A stretch of 64,000 nt of DNA from an uncultured Gammaproteobacteria bacterium. GTDB taxonomy: Bacteria; Patescibacteriota; Patescibacteriia; UBA1558; S5-K13. Positions 40,473 to 49,261 of the stretch are shown piece by piece; positions within the stretch are counted from its first letter, which is position 1; each line of letters starts with the position of its first letter. Location: positions 12,769 to 76,768 of the forward strand of contig CAYRHT010000004.1 in NCBI GenBank assembly GCA_964424195.1. The letters are read 5' to 3'. The notes under the pieces are model-generated. The model saw only the letters and a list, made by a program, of their open reading frames with translations. It did not search any database and had not been told where the DNA came from. The position numbers and the translations under genes are program-made.

Positions 40473-40862
40473 ATGAGAAGATTTATAATAGTCGTATTAG
40501 TCGTGTTGACAGGAATGAGTAGTCTTTTAATGGCTACATCCCTGGAGGTAGAACTTGAACCTGAAGCAGTCATTGATGATGGATTTATGAGAGGCTTTGG
40601 AGAATTTGAAATTTTGCAAGAAATTGTAGAGCTAAAATTCCAAAAATTCTTTCATCATATTTCATTCATCAAGCTGGTAGCTCCTTTTCAAGACAAATTG
40701 CAAATTCTAATTGTTTTGAAAGACGGAGACATGATTCGGGGGAGATTTATATTTTTTCGTCAACCAGAGCATACTGAATCTCAATTAATCGAGTGGTTAG
40801 ATTTAGATAGACCATTTGAACAACTCGACAAGAGATTTGGTAGTCAACCGCAGGAGGAATGA
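40473..40862 (+). CDS. Orphan secreted protein
   Basis: Start ATG 40473 after GGAGG; MRRFIIVVLVVLTGMSSLLMA signal peptide. Confidence 0.65.
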   Translation: MRRFIIVVLVVLTGMSSLLMATSLEVELEPEAVIDDGFMRGFGEFEILQEIVELKFQKFFHHISFIKLVAPFQDKLQILIVLKDGDMIRGRFIFFRQPEHTESQLIEWLDLDRPFEQLDKRFGSQPQEE

Positions 40863-40957
40863 TGTGCTATAATCGTAATATTCAGGAGAGTAATGTCACA
40901 ATTACATTACTCTCCGCCTTCCTTGAGTTTATTTTTAGAAGTAAGTTTAAGAAAGGA

Positions 40958-40985
40958 TTGACAATTTAATTCTGAATGATATACT
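40958..40985 (+). promoter_or_regulatory. sigma70 promoter of candidate ncRNA
   Basis: TTGACA-16-TATACT with extended TG. Confidence 0.65.
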
Positions 40986-40994
40986 ATATTTATT

Positions 40995-41135
40995 CTAAAT
41001 TGTAGTCAGGTTTTTATCCGTTAGTAGTTCTTAGTGACATCCCTCCTTGTTGCTTTGAATGCAAGTTAGGTAGGATTCCTTGGTTCGCCTTGTGAAATCT
41101 ATTTACACTAGCGGGTAATAACTTGGCTATTTTTT
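40995..41135 (+). ncRNA. Candidate rod-shaped (6S-like) small RNA
   Basis: 41003-41025 pairs with 41107-41129, central bubble, apical stem 41039-41076, U tract at the end. Confidence 0.5.
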
Positions 41136-41148
41136 GTTTGTCATGATA

Positions 41149-41177
41149 TTGACTTTTTTAGAATATAGTTGTATGAT
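41149..41177 (+). promoter_or_regulatory. sigma70 promoter of three-gene orphan operon
   Basis: TTGACT-17-TATGAT. Confidence 0.7.
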
Positions 41178-41210
41178 GAGATATTAAAAATTAAATAAAT
41201 AGGAGGAAGT

Positions 41211-41783
41211 ATGGAAAAAAGAACTGTTTCAATTAGTAATTTGATTCAAGACATTATTAAAATAATTCAAACTTATTTTGTAGAGTATCTTGGAGTAGGT
41301 TTAGAGTCGGAAGAAATGGTGAGCGCTTTAGAAATTAAAAGCCTTACTAAAATTGAGCTTTCAAGATTTACTAATATTTTTCGGGAACTTTTTACTCAAA
41401 AATTAGGATTAGACTTTGTTAATTCAATCACTATTATGAAACATGTTATTCCTGATAATATTAAAGCTCATTCTTTAGAGAGAAAAATATTTTTTCGTTT
41501 AGAGAAGATATTTTGGGCAGCAGCTAGTGATGAAGAACTACAATCGTATGTTAAAGCTGCTTGGCCTAACAAATCTAAGGATTTAAGTTTTTCTAGTAAA
41601 AATTTAAATATTCTTCGGGAAAGAAGAGAAAAGTATCTTACTCAAACTAGAAATACATCATTGTATCCTATTCCAAAATTACCAGTTAATACAATTCGTA
41701 GTTTTACGGAAGATTTTCAGGATGAATATGGGTTTTATTTTGTAGAGTATACTAGTAATTTTCAAGAATTGGAAATAGATTAA
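41211..41783 (+). CDS. Orphan hypothetical protein
   Basis: AGGAGG SD, 190 aa. Confidence 0.65.
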   Translation: MEKRTVSISNLIQDIIKIIQTYFVEYLGVGLESEEMVSALEIKSLTKIELSRFTNIFRELFTQKLGLDFVNSITIMKHVIPDNIKAHSLERKIFFRLEKIFWAAASDEELQSYVKAAWPNKSKDLSFSSKNLNILRERREKYLTQTRNTSLYPIPKLPVNTIRSFTEDFQDEYGFYFVEYTSNFQELEID

Positions 41784-41793
41784 GGGAGAAAAT

Positions 41794-42192
41794 ATGAAGA
41801 AAAAGAAGTTTTTACTAGTTTGTCCATTGGAGGATTTTGCATTAAAGGATAAATACTTTGCTAATGTAGTCTGGAATGAATTCGAATTCTATTTACATTG
41901 TAAAGCTATAGATTCAAAAGAAGCAAATAATTTTACTAAGAAATTTGATTTAGTGATGATAACACCATCAATGTTATTAGATTATGTTAATCTTATTGCG
42001 GTCGAGGAAATAGGATTTAAGCCATTATGGAATAAAATCTCAGAGAGTGTTAGTGGCGAATATGTTATTGTATCTATTTCAGACCAGAATGATTCTGAGT
42101 CTGATCAAGAAGTGACTCATCTTTTATTCGGAGACCAGGGAAACTTTGTTAATAAAATCATTATTTTTAATGATTTTAAGGAGGAAAAATGA
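41794..42192 (+). CDS. Orphan hypothetical protein
   Basis: AGGGAG SD, 132 aa; ATGA overlap with the next gene. Confidence 0.6.
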   Translation: MKKKKFLLVCPLEDFALKDKYFANVVWNEFEFYLHCKAIDSKEANNFTKKFDLVMITPSMLLDYVNLIAVEEIGFKPLWNKISESVSGEYVIVSISDQNDSESDQEVTHLLFGDQGNFVNKIIIFNDFKEEK

Positions 42193-42707
42193 AAACTATA
42201 ATTTTGATAGTTATATCGGTCTTATTAGTTGTAAGTTGTACTAAGATTACTGAAAATACCATTCATGATGATAATGAAGACGGTACTTATTACATTGGTC
42301 CCAGTGATCAGATTTTAGGTAATGTTGAATTATTGATATATCCTAAAACCAGAAAAGGAACAGCTATAACTTTTTTAAACAGTCCTGTTTCCAGTATTGC
42401 CTACTTAATGTCTAATCGAGATGATCCGGATAAGAAATATTTTGCTAAGTCTCATATTGAAGAGGATGAAGATTATACTCAAACAGGCAGTGAATTACCT
42501 TTTGATACTTGGATAAGAATTAAAATGATTGTCTATGAGGATGGTTTGGCAAATTGGGTAATTGATCTTTTGAATGGATTAGGACTTAATTTTTTTAATG
42601 CCGTAGAAGACTGGATGGTGGAAGAAACCTATGAGGCAGATTTTAAGCTAGTAGAAAATAGAAAAGGAAATCTTGTCTTTCATTGGAGTGAAGTTAGAAA
42701 ACAATAA
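42189..42707 (+). CDS. Orphan putative lipoprotein
   Basis: AAGGAGG SD; MKTIILIVISVLLVVSC lipoprotein-type signal. Confidence 0.7.
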   Translation: MKTIILIVISVLLVVSCTKITENTIHDDNEDGTYYIGPSDQILGNVELLIYPKTRKGTAITFLNSPVSSIAYLMSNRDDPDKKYFAKSHIEEDEDYTQTGSELPFDTWIRIKMIVYEDGLANWVIDLLNGLGLNFFNAVEDWMVEETYEADFKLVENRKGNLVFHWSEVRKQ

Positions 42708-42725
42708 TTTTCAACAATTAGAGAA

Positions 42726-42762
42726 CCCTGCATTACGTAAAGTAGTGCAGGGGTATTTTTTT
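42726..42762 (+). terminator. Terminator
   Basis: ccctgcattac/gtagtgcaggg plus T tract. Confidence 0.75.
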
Positions 42763-42773
42763 ACAAAAGATAT

Positions 42774-43346
42774 TTAATTATACTTACTCATTACTTCTAG
42801 AGGATCTTTTTCAATTGCTAATTCTAAAGCTTCAGTAGTTTTATGAAGGACTTTTTTAATTTTTAATTTATCAAATAATGAGAAACGAGAAAGGACATAT
42901 TTATCAGCAGGAATTCTCTCTAGGAGAGGAGTTTTAATTCCGATTCTAAATCTTAGGAAATTATTAAAGCCTAAATGTTGAATAATAGATTTAACTCCAT
43001 TATGTCCACCAGCTGATTCAAAGAATCCTACTTTAAGATCTCCTAAGTCTATATCTAAATCATCATAAATTACAAATATATCTTCTGGTTTAAAATCATG
43101 TTTTTTAAAAGCATAATTAATACTAGTTCCAGAATTATTCATAAATGTTTGAGGTTTAAGTAGTTCTACAGTTTCCCCATTAATTTCTGTTTTTAAATAT
43201 TGAAGTTTTCCTTTAGAACTATCATTCCATTTAGGATTCTTTCCAACTAATCTCTCAGCTAAAAAATCCAAAGCCATAAATCCAGCATTGTGTTTAGTAT
43301 TTTGGTATTTGTTTCCTGGATTACCTAATCCAATTATTAGTTTCAT
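42774..43346 (-). CDS. pth: Peptidyl-tRNA hydrolase
   Basis: GLGNPG, HNAGF, KPQTFMNNSG, GGHNGVKSI. Confidence 0.97.
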   Translation of the reverse strand: MKLIIGLGNPGNKYQNTKHNAGFMALDFLAERLVGKNPKWNDSSKGKLQYLKTEINGETVELLKPQTFMNNSGTSINYAFKKHDFKPEDIFVIYDDLDIDLGDLKVGFFESAGGHNGVKSIIQHLGFNNFLRFRIGIKTPLLERIPADKYVLSRFSLFDKLKIKKVLHKTTEALELAIEKDPLEVMSKYN

Positions 43347-43366
43347 ATATTTTAACTATATCACTA

Positions 43367-44764
43367 TTAAGTAATATTTTTAAGTTTTCGAACGTAAGCT
43401 ATTACTGGAACTCCTTGAAAATCAAACTTTTCTCTTATCTTTTTGTTAATAAATTTAAGATAGGAGTTATTTAAACTCATTTTAGCTCCAATGATAACTT
43501 CAAAAGTTTGAGGATCAGTATTAACTTGTTTAATTTCATAAATTTTAGGCTTAATGGAACCATAACCAATAGTTGGTTTATGAATTCTATATATTTCTTG
43601 TAGAAATTTATATAATTCTTCCTTAGAAATTACTTTTTTAGATTTTTCATGAATAATAATTGCTTCATCTAATATTTTAGTTAATCTTATTTTCTTAGTA
43701 GCTGAAATTGGAATTACTTTAGCCCACATTAAATAAGGCATAGTAATTTTATAGTATTTTAAATATTCATTATAGGTTTGTAAATCTTTGTCGCCAATTA
43801 AATCCCATTTATTAGCTAGAATGATTAATCCCTTTTGAGCAGACTCTATTAACTTAGCAAATTTTAAATCACTAACTGAGAGATTCTTAGAAACATCAGT
43901 TACTAATATTGCTATATCAGTTTCTTTAATAGCTTTTTCAGTTTGTTGAACAGATTTAAATTCTAATTCATCTTTTTTAATTAGAGCTCTATTCTTTCTA
44001 ATACCAGCTGTATCAATTAACATGAAATCTGATTTCTTATATTCAAAAGGAATTAATTGCATGTCACGAGTGGTGTGTTCAAGTTCAGATACAATTGTTT
44101 TATCCTCATTTAGGATAGAGTTTACAATAGAGGATTTTCCAACATTAGTTTTACCGATGAAAGCAATTTTAATAATTTCTTTTTCAGTTTCTTTTTTACT
44201 TACTCTAACTTTTCTAACTTTAGCTTTTTTAACAACTAAGTCTAATAGATCACCAACTCTTGCTCCGTTTGATGCAGAAATCATTATTGGTTCTCCTAAG
44301 CCTAATTCATAAAATTCATTAACTTGTTGGGATGTTCTTTTGTTATCACATTTATTAGCTACTAAAATATGAGCTAATTTATTCTTTTTTAGAAAAGCAG
44401 CGAATTCTTTATCCTGAGGCATAATTCCAGTCTTAGCATCAACTAAAAAGAGGATTAAGTCAGAGTCTTTAATTGCTTTTTTAGCCTTTTCAGTAATCTT
44501 TTCATCTATTTCATCCTCTTTACGTTGTTCAAGGTCTTCTGATAGTCTTTCTTTTGTTTCAGTATAGATATTTTTTTCTAGGCCACCAGTATCAACAACC
44601 GTAAATTCTCTTCCCTGCCATTCAGCATTTTGATAGTTTGTATCTCGAGTTGTTCCAGGAATTCTACTAATTATTACTTTATTTTCTACAAGTAAATTAA
44701 AAAGAGTGGACTTACCTACATTGGTCCGGCCGATAATTGAAATGATTGGAAGTTGTTTAGTCAT
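43367..44764 (-). CDS. der: Ribosome biogenesis GTPase Der (EngA)
   Basis: Two G domains (GRTNVGKS/DTGG/NKCD; GKTNVGKS/DTAG/NKWD) and a KH-like C-terminus. Confidence 0.96.
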   Translation of the reverse strand: MTKQLPIISIIGRTNVGKSTLFNLLVENKVIISRIPGTTRDTNYQNAEWQGREFTVVDTGGLEKNIYTETKERLSEDLEQRKEDEIDEKITEKAKKAIKDSDLILFLVDAKTGIMPQDKEFAAFLKKNKLAHILVANKCDNKRTSQQVNEFYELGLGEPIMISASNGARVGDLLDLVVKKAKVRKVRVSKKETEKEIIKIAFIGKTNVGKSSIVNSILNEDKTIVSELEHTTRDMQLIPFEYKKSDFMLIDTAGIRKNRALIKKDELEFKSVQQTEKAIKETDIAILVTDVSKNLSVSDLKFAKLIESAQKGLIILANKWDLIGDKDLQTYNEYLKYYKITMPYLMWAKVIPISATKKIRLTKILDEAIIIHEKSKKVISKEELYKFLQEIYRIHKPTIGYGSIKPKIYEIKQVNTDPQTFEVIIGAKMSLNNSYLKFINKKIREKFDFQGVPVIAYVRKLKNIT

Positions 44765-46196
44765 TTGTTTGAGCTAATTGATCTGCGCCCAATACTATTA
44801 AAAAATCTAGGTTATCTTGATAAAGATATTCTTCTAAATTTTCAGTTAAAATATTTGATCTAACTCCGAGAATAGATTCTTGAATCTTTTTTAAAGTCTC
44901 AGGTTTTTTATTATCACTGAGATCATATATTATAGTAGTTTCTATATCTTGAGTAGGGGCGTTGCCTATTCTTATAACATTTAATCCAGCATTAATCAAG
45001 AGCTGTGATTTATTTCCAGCTAAACCAGCTTGAGTTGTTCCATTTAAAATTTGGATAACAGCTTGTTCTTTTTCAGTCTTTTCAGTCTTAAAAATATTAT
45101 TAAAGAAAGATTGCAGTACTCTGTAATCATTATTTTTAGGAACTAGGATAAAGGCTCCATCTAGAGTTGAAGTAGCACTTCGGAGAAGATTACCAGGAGC
45201 ATCATTAAGAACTTTGTTAAATATCTTGTCTTTCTCCATTGTTCTTAATATATCTACAAAGCGAAGAGCTTCCCAAGCTTCAATATCAGTATCAATATAC
45301 TTATCTAAAATCTTGAATAAGTTTATAACCTTATTAGGATTACTAATAGTAGAGAAACTCATAATCTTAGATTTAATAGATTCAATAATCTTAAATTGTC
45401 TGTCTGATCTAGCAAAATCAGAAGCTTCAAAGCCATTTCCTTCAGTAACTATTCCATGTCTTGATCTAACAAATTGTAAGGCCTCTTCACCATTTAAGTG
45501 TTGATTTCCCTTTTCAAATTCTACAGTTTGAATCTTGTGATCTTTAGTTGGATATTGATAATCAATAAAACTATTTTCTACATAGACATTTACACCACCC
45601 AGAGCATCAATAATCTCTTCAAAGCCAAAGAAATCAATACTGATAGCATAATGAATAGGAATTCCTAAGTTTTGACTAAGTACTTTTTTACTGTATTCTA
45701 TCCCATTACTGTTTTCAGAGTACTCTCCAGCTGTATAGATATAATTTACTTTTTGGTAAGAAGTATTATCAACTTTAACTAAGAAATCTCGAGGTAAAGA
45801 CACCAGAGAAGTTTCTTGATTTTCATAGTCATAACTTAAAATAATTATTGTATCTGTTAGAAAAGCTCCATCATGACCCAATCCACCCATTCCTAAGATT
45901 AGTAAGTTTGTTCGTTCATCTTTTTCACCAGCAAGCTTTTTAGTGTCAGCAGAGATGAGGTGAGAGATCTGATTAATTAAAAAATTCTTTTTAACTGTGG
46001 TAGCAAATTTTGATTCAGAACTAGCAACAATACTTGAAAGAAAGAAGATTATTCCTAAAAAAGATAGTAAAAATAAAAAGAGAACGTTTTTAATCACTAA
46101 ACGAGTTCTAGTTTTCTTGTATTCTTGATTGATTGTTTTTAGATATTCTCCTTGTTCATTATCTTCAAGAAGCTTTACATCTTTTGTCTTATTCAT
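44757..46196 (-). CDS. LCP (LytR-CpsA-Psr) protein with LytR C-terminal domain
   Basis: TDTIIIL, SLPRD, FVRSRH, SDFARSDRQ, ILNGT..GLA. Confidence 0.92.
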   Translation of the reverse strand: MNKTKDVKLLEDNEQGEYLKTINQEYKKTRTRLVIKNVLFLFLLSFLGIIFFLSSIVASSESKFATTVKKNFLINQISHLISADTKKLAGEKDERTNLLILGMGGLGHDGAFLTDTIIILSYDYENQETSLVSLPRDFLVKVDNTSYQKVNYIYTAGEYSENSNGIEYSKKVLSQNLGIPIHYAISIDFFGFEEIIDALGGVNVYVENSFIDYQYPTKDHKIQTVEFEKGNQHLNGEEALQFVRSRHGIVTEGNGFEASDFARSDRQFKIIESIKSKIMSFSTISNPNKVINLFKILDKYIDTDIEAWEALRFVDILRTMEKDKIFNKVLNDAPGNLLRSATSTLDGAFILVPKNNDYRVLQSFFNNIFKTEKTEKEQAVIQILNGTTQAGLAGNKSQLLINAGLNVIRIGNAPTQDIETTIIYDLSDNKKPETLKKIQESILGVRSNILTENLEEYLYQDNLDFLIVLGADQLAQTND

Positions 46197-46373
46197 TGAT
46201 TCTTAATTTATCTAATAATCACAAAATATTCTTAGCGATTAAGAATTATTTACTAAATTCATAGTAATATAAATTAACTCTTTTAGCAATTGTAATTTTA
46301 CTAAGTTTATTTATTATTTCTCTATTTTTTGCTATGATATAGGTAGATAAGTTTATAAAATTATTTAAATAAT

Positions 46374-46538
46374 ATGGGATTTGATATTCGCGAGTCAGAT
46401 GAGTATTTGGGAGATAAAGCTGAGTTAGTAGTTAACAATGTTATAGAGTTTACTTTTGAGAAATTACCAGCTATTACCATTGTCTTAGCAATATTATATT
46501 TAATATGGAATCTATTAGATCCAGTTATTGTGTTTTAA
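46374..46538 (+). CDS. Small 54-aa membrane protein missing from the ORF track
   Basis: MGFDIRESDEYLGDKAELVVNNVIEFTFEKLPAITIVLAILYLIWNLLDPVIVF; extended -10 TGcTATGAT at about 46330; hairpin plus T tract at 46554-46586. Confidence 0.6.
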   Translation: MGFDIRESDEYLGDKAELVVNNVIEFTFEKLPAITIVLAILYLIWNLLDPVIVF

Positions 46539-46663
46539 AATAAATAAGAAATAAAAAAGATCACTTTAGAGTTTAGTGATTTTTTGTTTGACATAAGATT
46601 TGTATTAAAGTAAAATAATATATTCTTAGAAAGTAAATAAAAGAATAAAAAATAGGAGGAGAA

Positions 46664-47065
46664 GTGGTAAAATTAATTATTTGTGAATTAGATGGGTGTA
46701 ATTATTTGAGAATTAACGAAGATTCTTTGTTAGAAATTAGAAAGTATAATCCTCGTAATTTTAATTGTTTGAATTTAGAGACAGGAGAGCTTTGTGATTG
46801 TAATTTCGATGGAATGGAAGAAAGAATTATTGAAATTGATTTCAAGAATGAGATCAAGTCAATTCCTTCTTCATTTTGGAGTTTATTGCCGGGATCTTTT
46901 TTTGTTAAGGAAGGAAGAAATAACTTATTTGTAAAAATTGTTGAATTCAACAAAAAATGTGCTCTATGTTTTGGTAAAGATTTTAAAGTTGACTTAGGAT
47001 ATTCATTGGAATGGCAAGCAGCATTTAGAATTATAGAATATCAGGAGATTAAAATTGAAATTTAG
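46664..47065 (+). CDS. Orphan hypothetical protein
   Basis: Promoter TTGACA(46588)-17-TAAAAT, AGGGAG SD, GTG start. Confidence 0.6.
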   Translation: MVKLIICELDGCNYLRINEDSLLEIRKYNPRNFNCLNLETGELCDCNFDGMEERIIEIDFKNEIKSIPSSFWSLLPGSFFVKEGRNNLFVKIVEFNKKCALCFGKDFKVDLGYSLEWQAAFRIIEYQEIKIEI

Positions 47066-47071
47066 ATTTTC

Positions 47072-47102
47072 AAAAAAGCCGATACAAATTGTATCGGCTT
47101 TT
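47072..47102. terminator. Bidirectional terminator
   Basis: aaaagccgatacaa/ttgtatcggctttt. Confidence 0.8.
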
Positions 47103-47121
47103 AACTTTTTTAAAATAATAT

Positions 47122-48321
47122 TTAAAGTTGTTCTTGATATTTAGTAATACTTTGTTTAAACTTTTCTAAATCTTCACCTTCTAAAGCATCAGTATTTGGA
47201 AAGTCTTCAGTTTGAGGATTTATTTTAGTTCCATATTTTACCATTTCATAATGAACATGAGGTCCAGTAGAGAATCCAGTAGAACCGACATAACCAATAG
47301 TTTGTCCTTGAGTCACTTTAGTTCCATAAGAAACTGCGTATTTAGAAAGATGAGCATAATTAGTGGTATATGTTGAATTATGTCTAATACTAATAAAATT
47401 ACCATAACCACCATTCCAACCAGCTCGGACTACTGTTCCTTCTCCAACTGCTTTAATAGGTGTTCCATAGGGGGCAGCATAATCAATAGCTCGATGTTTA
47501 GTAGAAGTATTAAAGGCTTGAACATATCTCATACCAGTGGTAAACCCTGAAGATATATATCTGTAAGATACTGGAGCTTTAAGGAATATTTTTTGCATAC
47601 TTTCACCTTCAGCATTATAGTGTCCATAATCATCTTCATCTTTTTCATGGTAATAAGCTACATACTCTCGACCATCATTTATAAATTTAGCAGCTAAGAC
47701 ATCTCCAGGCATTATATATTCACCATCTAAATATCTTTCTTCATAGATAAATTTAAAATGATCTCCAACTCTAATATTCATAGCAAAATCAATAGTCCAT
47801 TGAAATACATCAGCTAATTCAATTATAACTATTTCATCTAAACCTTGTTCTAAACCAGTTTCATAAAGAGAGGATTGAATAGTTCCTTCCGAAGTCTTAA
47901 TTCTAACTTCATATTCAATTTCTTTTCTTTCAGCTTGCCAGCTAGCATCATTTTGAAGAGTGACATATAGTCTTTCTTCCGTATCTATTTGATAAACGAG
48001 TTCTTTAAATATATTAGTGTCTTTGTCATAGATAAGCTTTATAGTTTTCCCAACTCTGATTCTAGATAGATCATAAATATCTTGAGCAGCATCAAAAATA
48101 GCATTGGCTGTTTCTGGAGTAGTGCTGGCACTTTTCATTAGTTCTCCATAAGTAGCATTGGGAGTAATTTCTAAAATTACTTCTCGGTCAGGAATTACTT
48201 CTGGTTCAATAATCTTTGAAGAGTCGTTAGAAGCAACATTATTTCTATTAACTAATATAATTATAGCTAAAGCTGTAATTACTAAGAGAATAATAATTGT
48301 TTTGATTTTATTTATTTTCAT
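47122..48321 (-). CDS. M23 family peptidoglycan endopeptidase (MepM-like)
   Basis: HRAIDYAAPYGTP, YAHLS, STGPHVHYE; N-terminal TM. Confidence 0.93.
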   Translation of the reverse strand: MKINKIKTIIILLVITALAIIILVNRNNVASNDSSKIIEPEVIPDREVILEITPNATYGELMKSASTTPETANAIFDAAQDIYDLSRIRVGKTIKLIYDKDTNIFKELVYQIDTEERLYVTLQNDASWQAERKEIEYEVRIKTSEGTIQSSLYETGLEQGLDEIVIIELADVFQWTIDFAMNIRVGDHFKFIYEERYLDGEYIMPGDVLAAKFINDGREYVAYYHEKDEDDYGHYNAEGESMQKIFLKAPVSYRYISSGFTTGMRYVQAFNTSTKHRAIDYAAPYGTPIKAVGEGTVVRAGWNGGYGNFISIRHNSTYTTNYAHLSKYAVSYGTKVTQGQTIGYVGSTGFSTGPHVHYEMVKYGTKINPQTEDFPNTDALEGEDLEKFKQSITKYQEQL

Positions 48322-48576
48322 AATAGTATTCTAGCAGAATGGTGATATTTGTAAAATCAGCCCTCAACTATTGACTTTTTCAATGAATAGTGTATAATAC
48401 TTATGTTTTCCAAGTCTTTCCATAAGGTAAAGAATTTGCGCAGCTTAGCTGCTCGGAAAGACAAGGAAAGTATTTAATTAAGAATATCTCTAATTTATAT
48501 TAGAGGTTAAAGTTTACCCTATTAGATACTATCGTTTCTAACGATGATTTAAAAGGGTTAAAAGGACAATAAACAC

Positions 48577-48846
48577 ATGGGTACAAAGTTATATGTAGGC
48601 GGTTTGTCTTATGACACAACTGATGATTCTTTCAAAGCTGGTTTCTCTGAAGCTGGTAATGTAACATCAGCTAACGTGATCGTAGATAGAATGTCAGGCC
48701 GTTCTAAAGGATTTGGTTTTGTAGAATTTTCTACAGAAGAAGAAGCTGCTAAAGCTATCGAAATGTTTAACGAAAAAGATTTCGAAGGTAGAACTATTAA
48801 AGTTTCTGAAGCTAGACCAATGAAACAATTTGACGATAGACAATAA
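48577..48846 (+). CDS. RRM RNA-binding protein
   Basis: RNP2 LYVGGL, RNP1 KGFGFVEF; promoter TTGACT(48371)-16-TATAAT. Confidence 0.96.
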   Translation: MGTKLYVGGLSYDTTDDSFKAGFSEAGNVTSANVIVDRMSGRSKGFGFVEFSTEEEAAKAIEMFNEKDFEGRTIKVSEARPMKQFDDRQ

Positions 48847-48867
48847 TATCATTATATAGATTGATAT

Positions 48868-48900
48868 AAAAAATAGGGATTGCGCAGTCCCTATTTTTTT
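48868..48900 (+). terminator. Terminator after RRM gene
   Basis: aaaatagggattg/cagtccctatttt. Confidence 0.8.
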
Positions 48901-48959
48901 GTTGCTCAAAAAAGAAATTAAAGATACAATATAGATAAGAAAAAGAAGGAGGAATTATT

Positions 48960-49160
48960 ATGAAGAAGCTACTTGTAATCCTTGTGATTACTGTTTAGCA
49001 GCAAAAGATAACGGTGTTAAAAGTAGTCGAATAAGGATTTAGTTGCGAAGCACAGTGTCTCTTAGAGAGATAAATCAAGAAAGTTATTAATGTCGTAGTT
49101 CTCATATAGAACTGATCAAGTTGTGTTACATTGTGTCCCGCTCTATATTTAGAATGAAAA
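48960..49160 (+). pseudogene. Decayed orphan secreted-protein gene
   Basis: TTGCTC(48902)-17-TACAAT, AAGGAGG, then MKKLLVILVITV-stop; terminator at 49168-49200. Confidence 0.45.
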
Positions 49161-49261
49161 TGTAACCAAGCGTTCAGTATTAAATACTGGACGTTTTTTT
49201 ATTTAATTTTAAATTTTACTATTAATACTATATAATAGTTGTATTATAAATAAATTAAATT

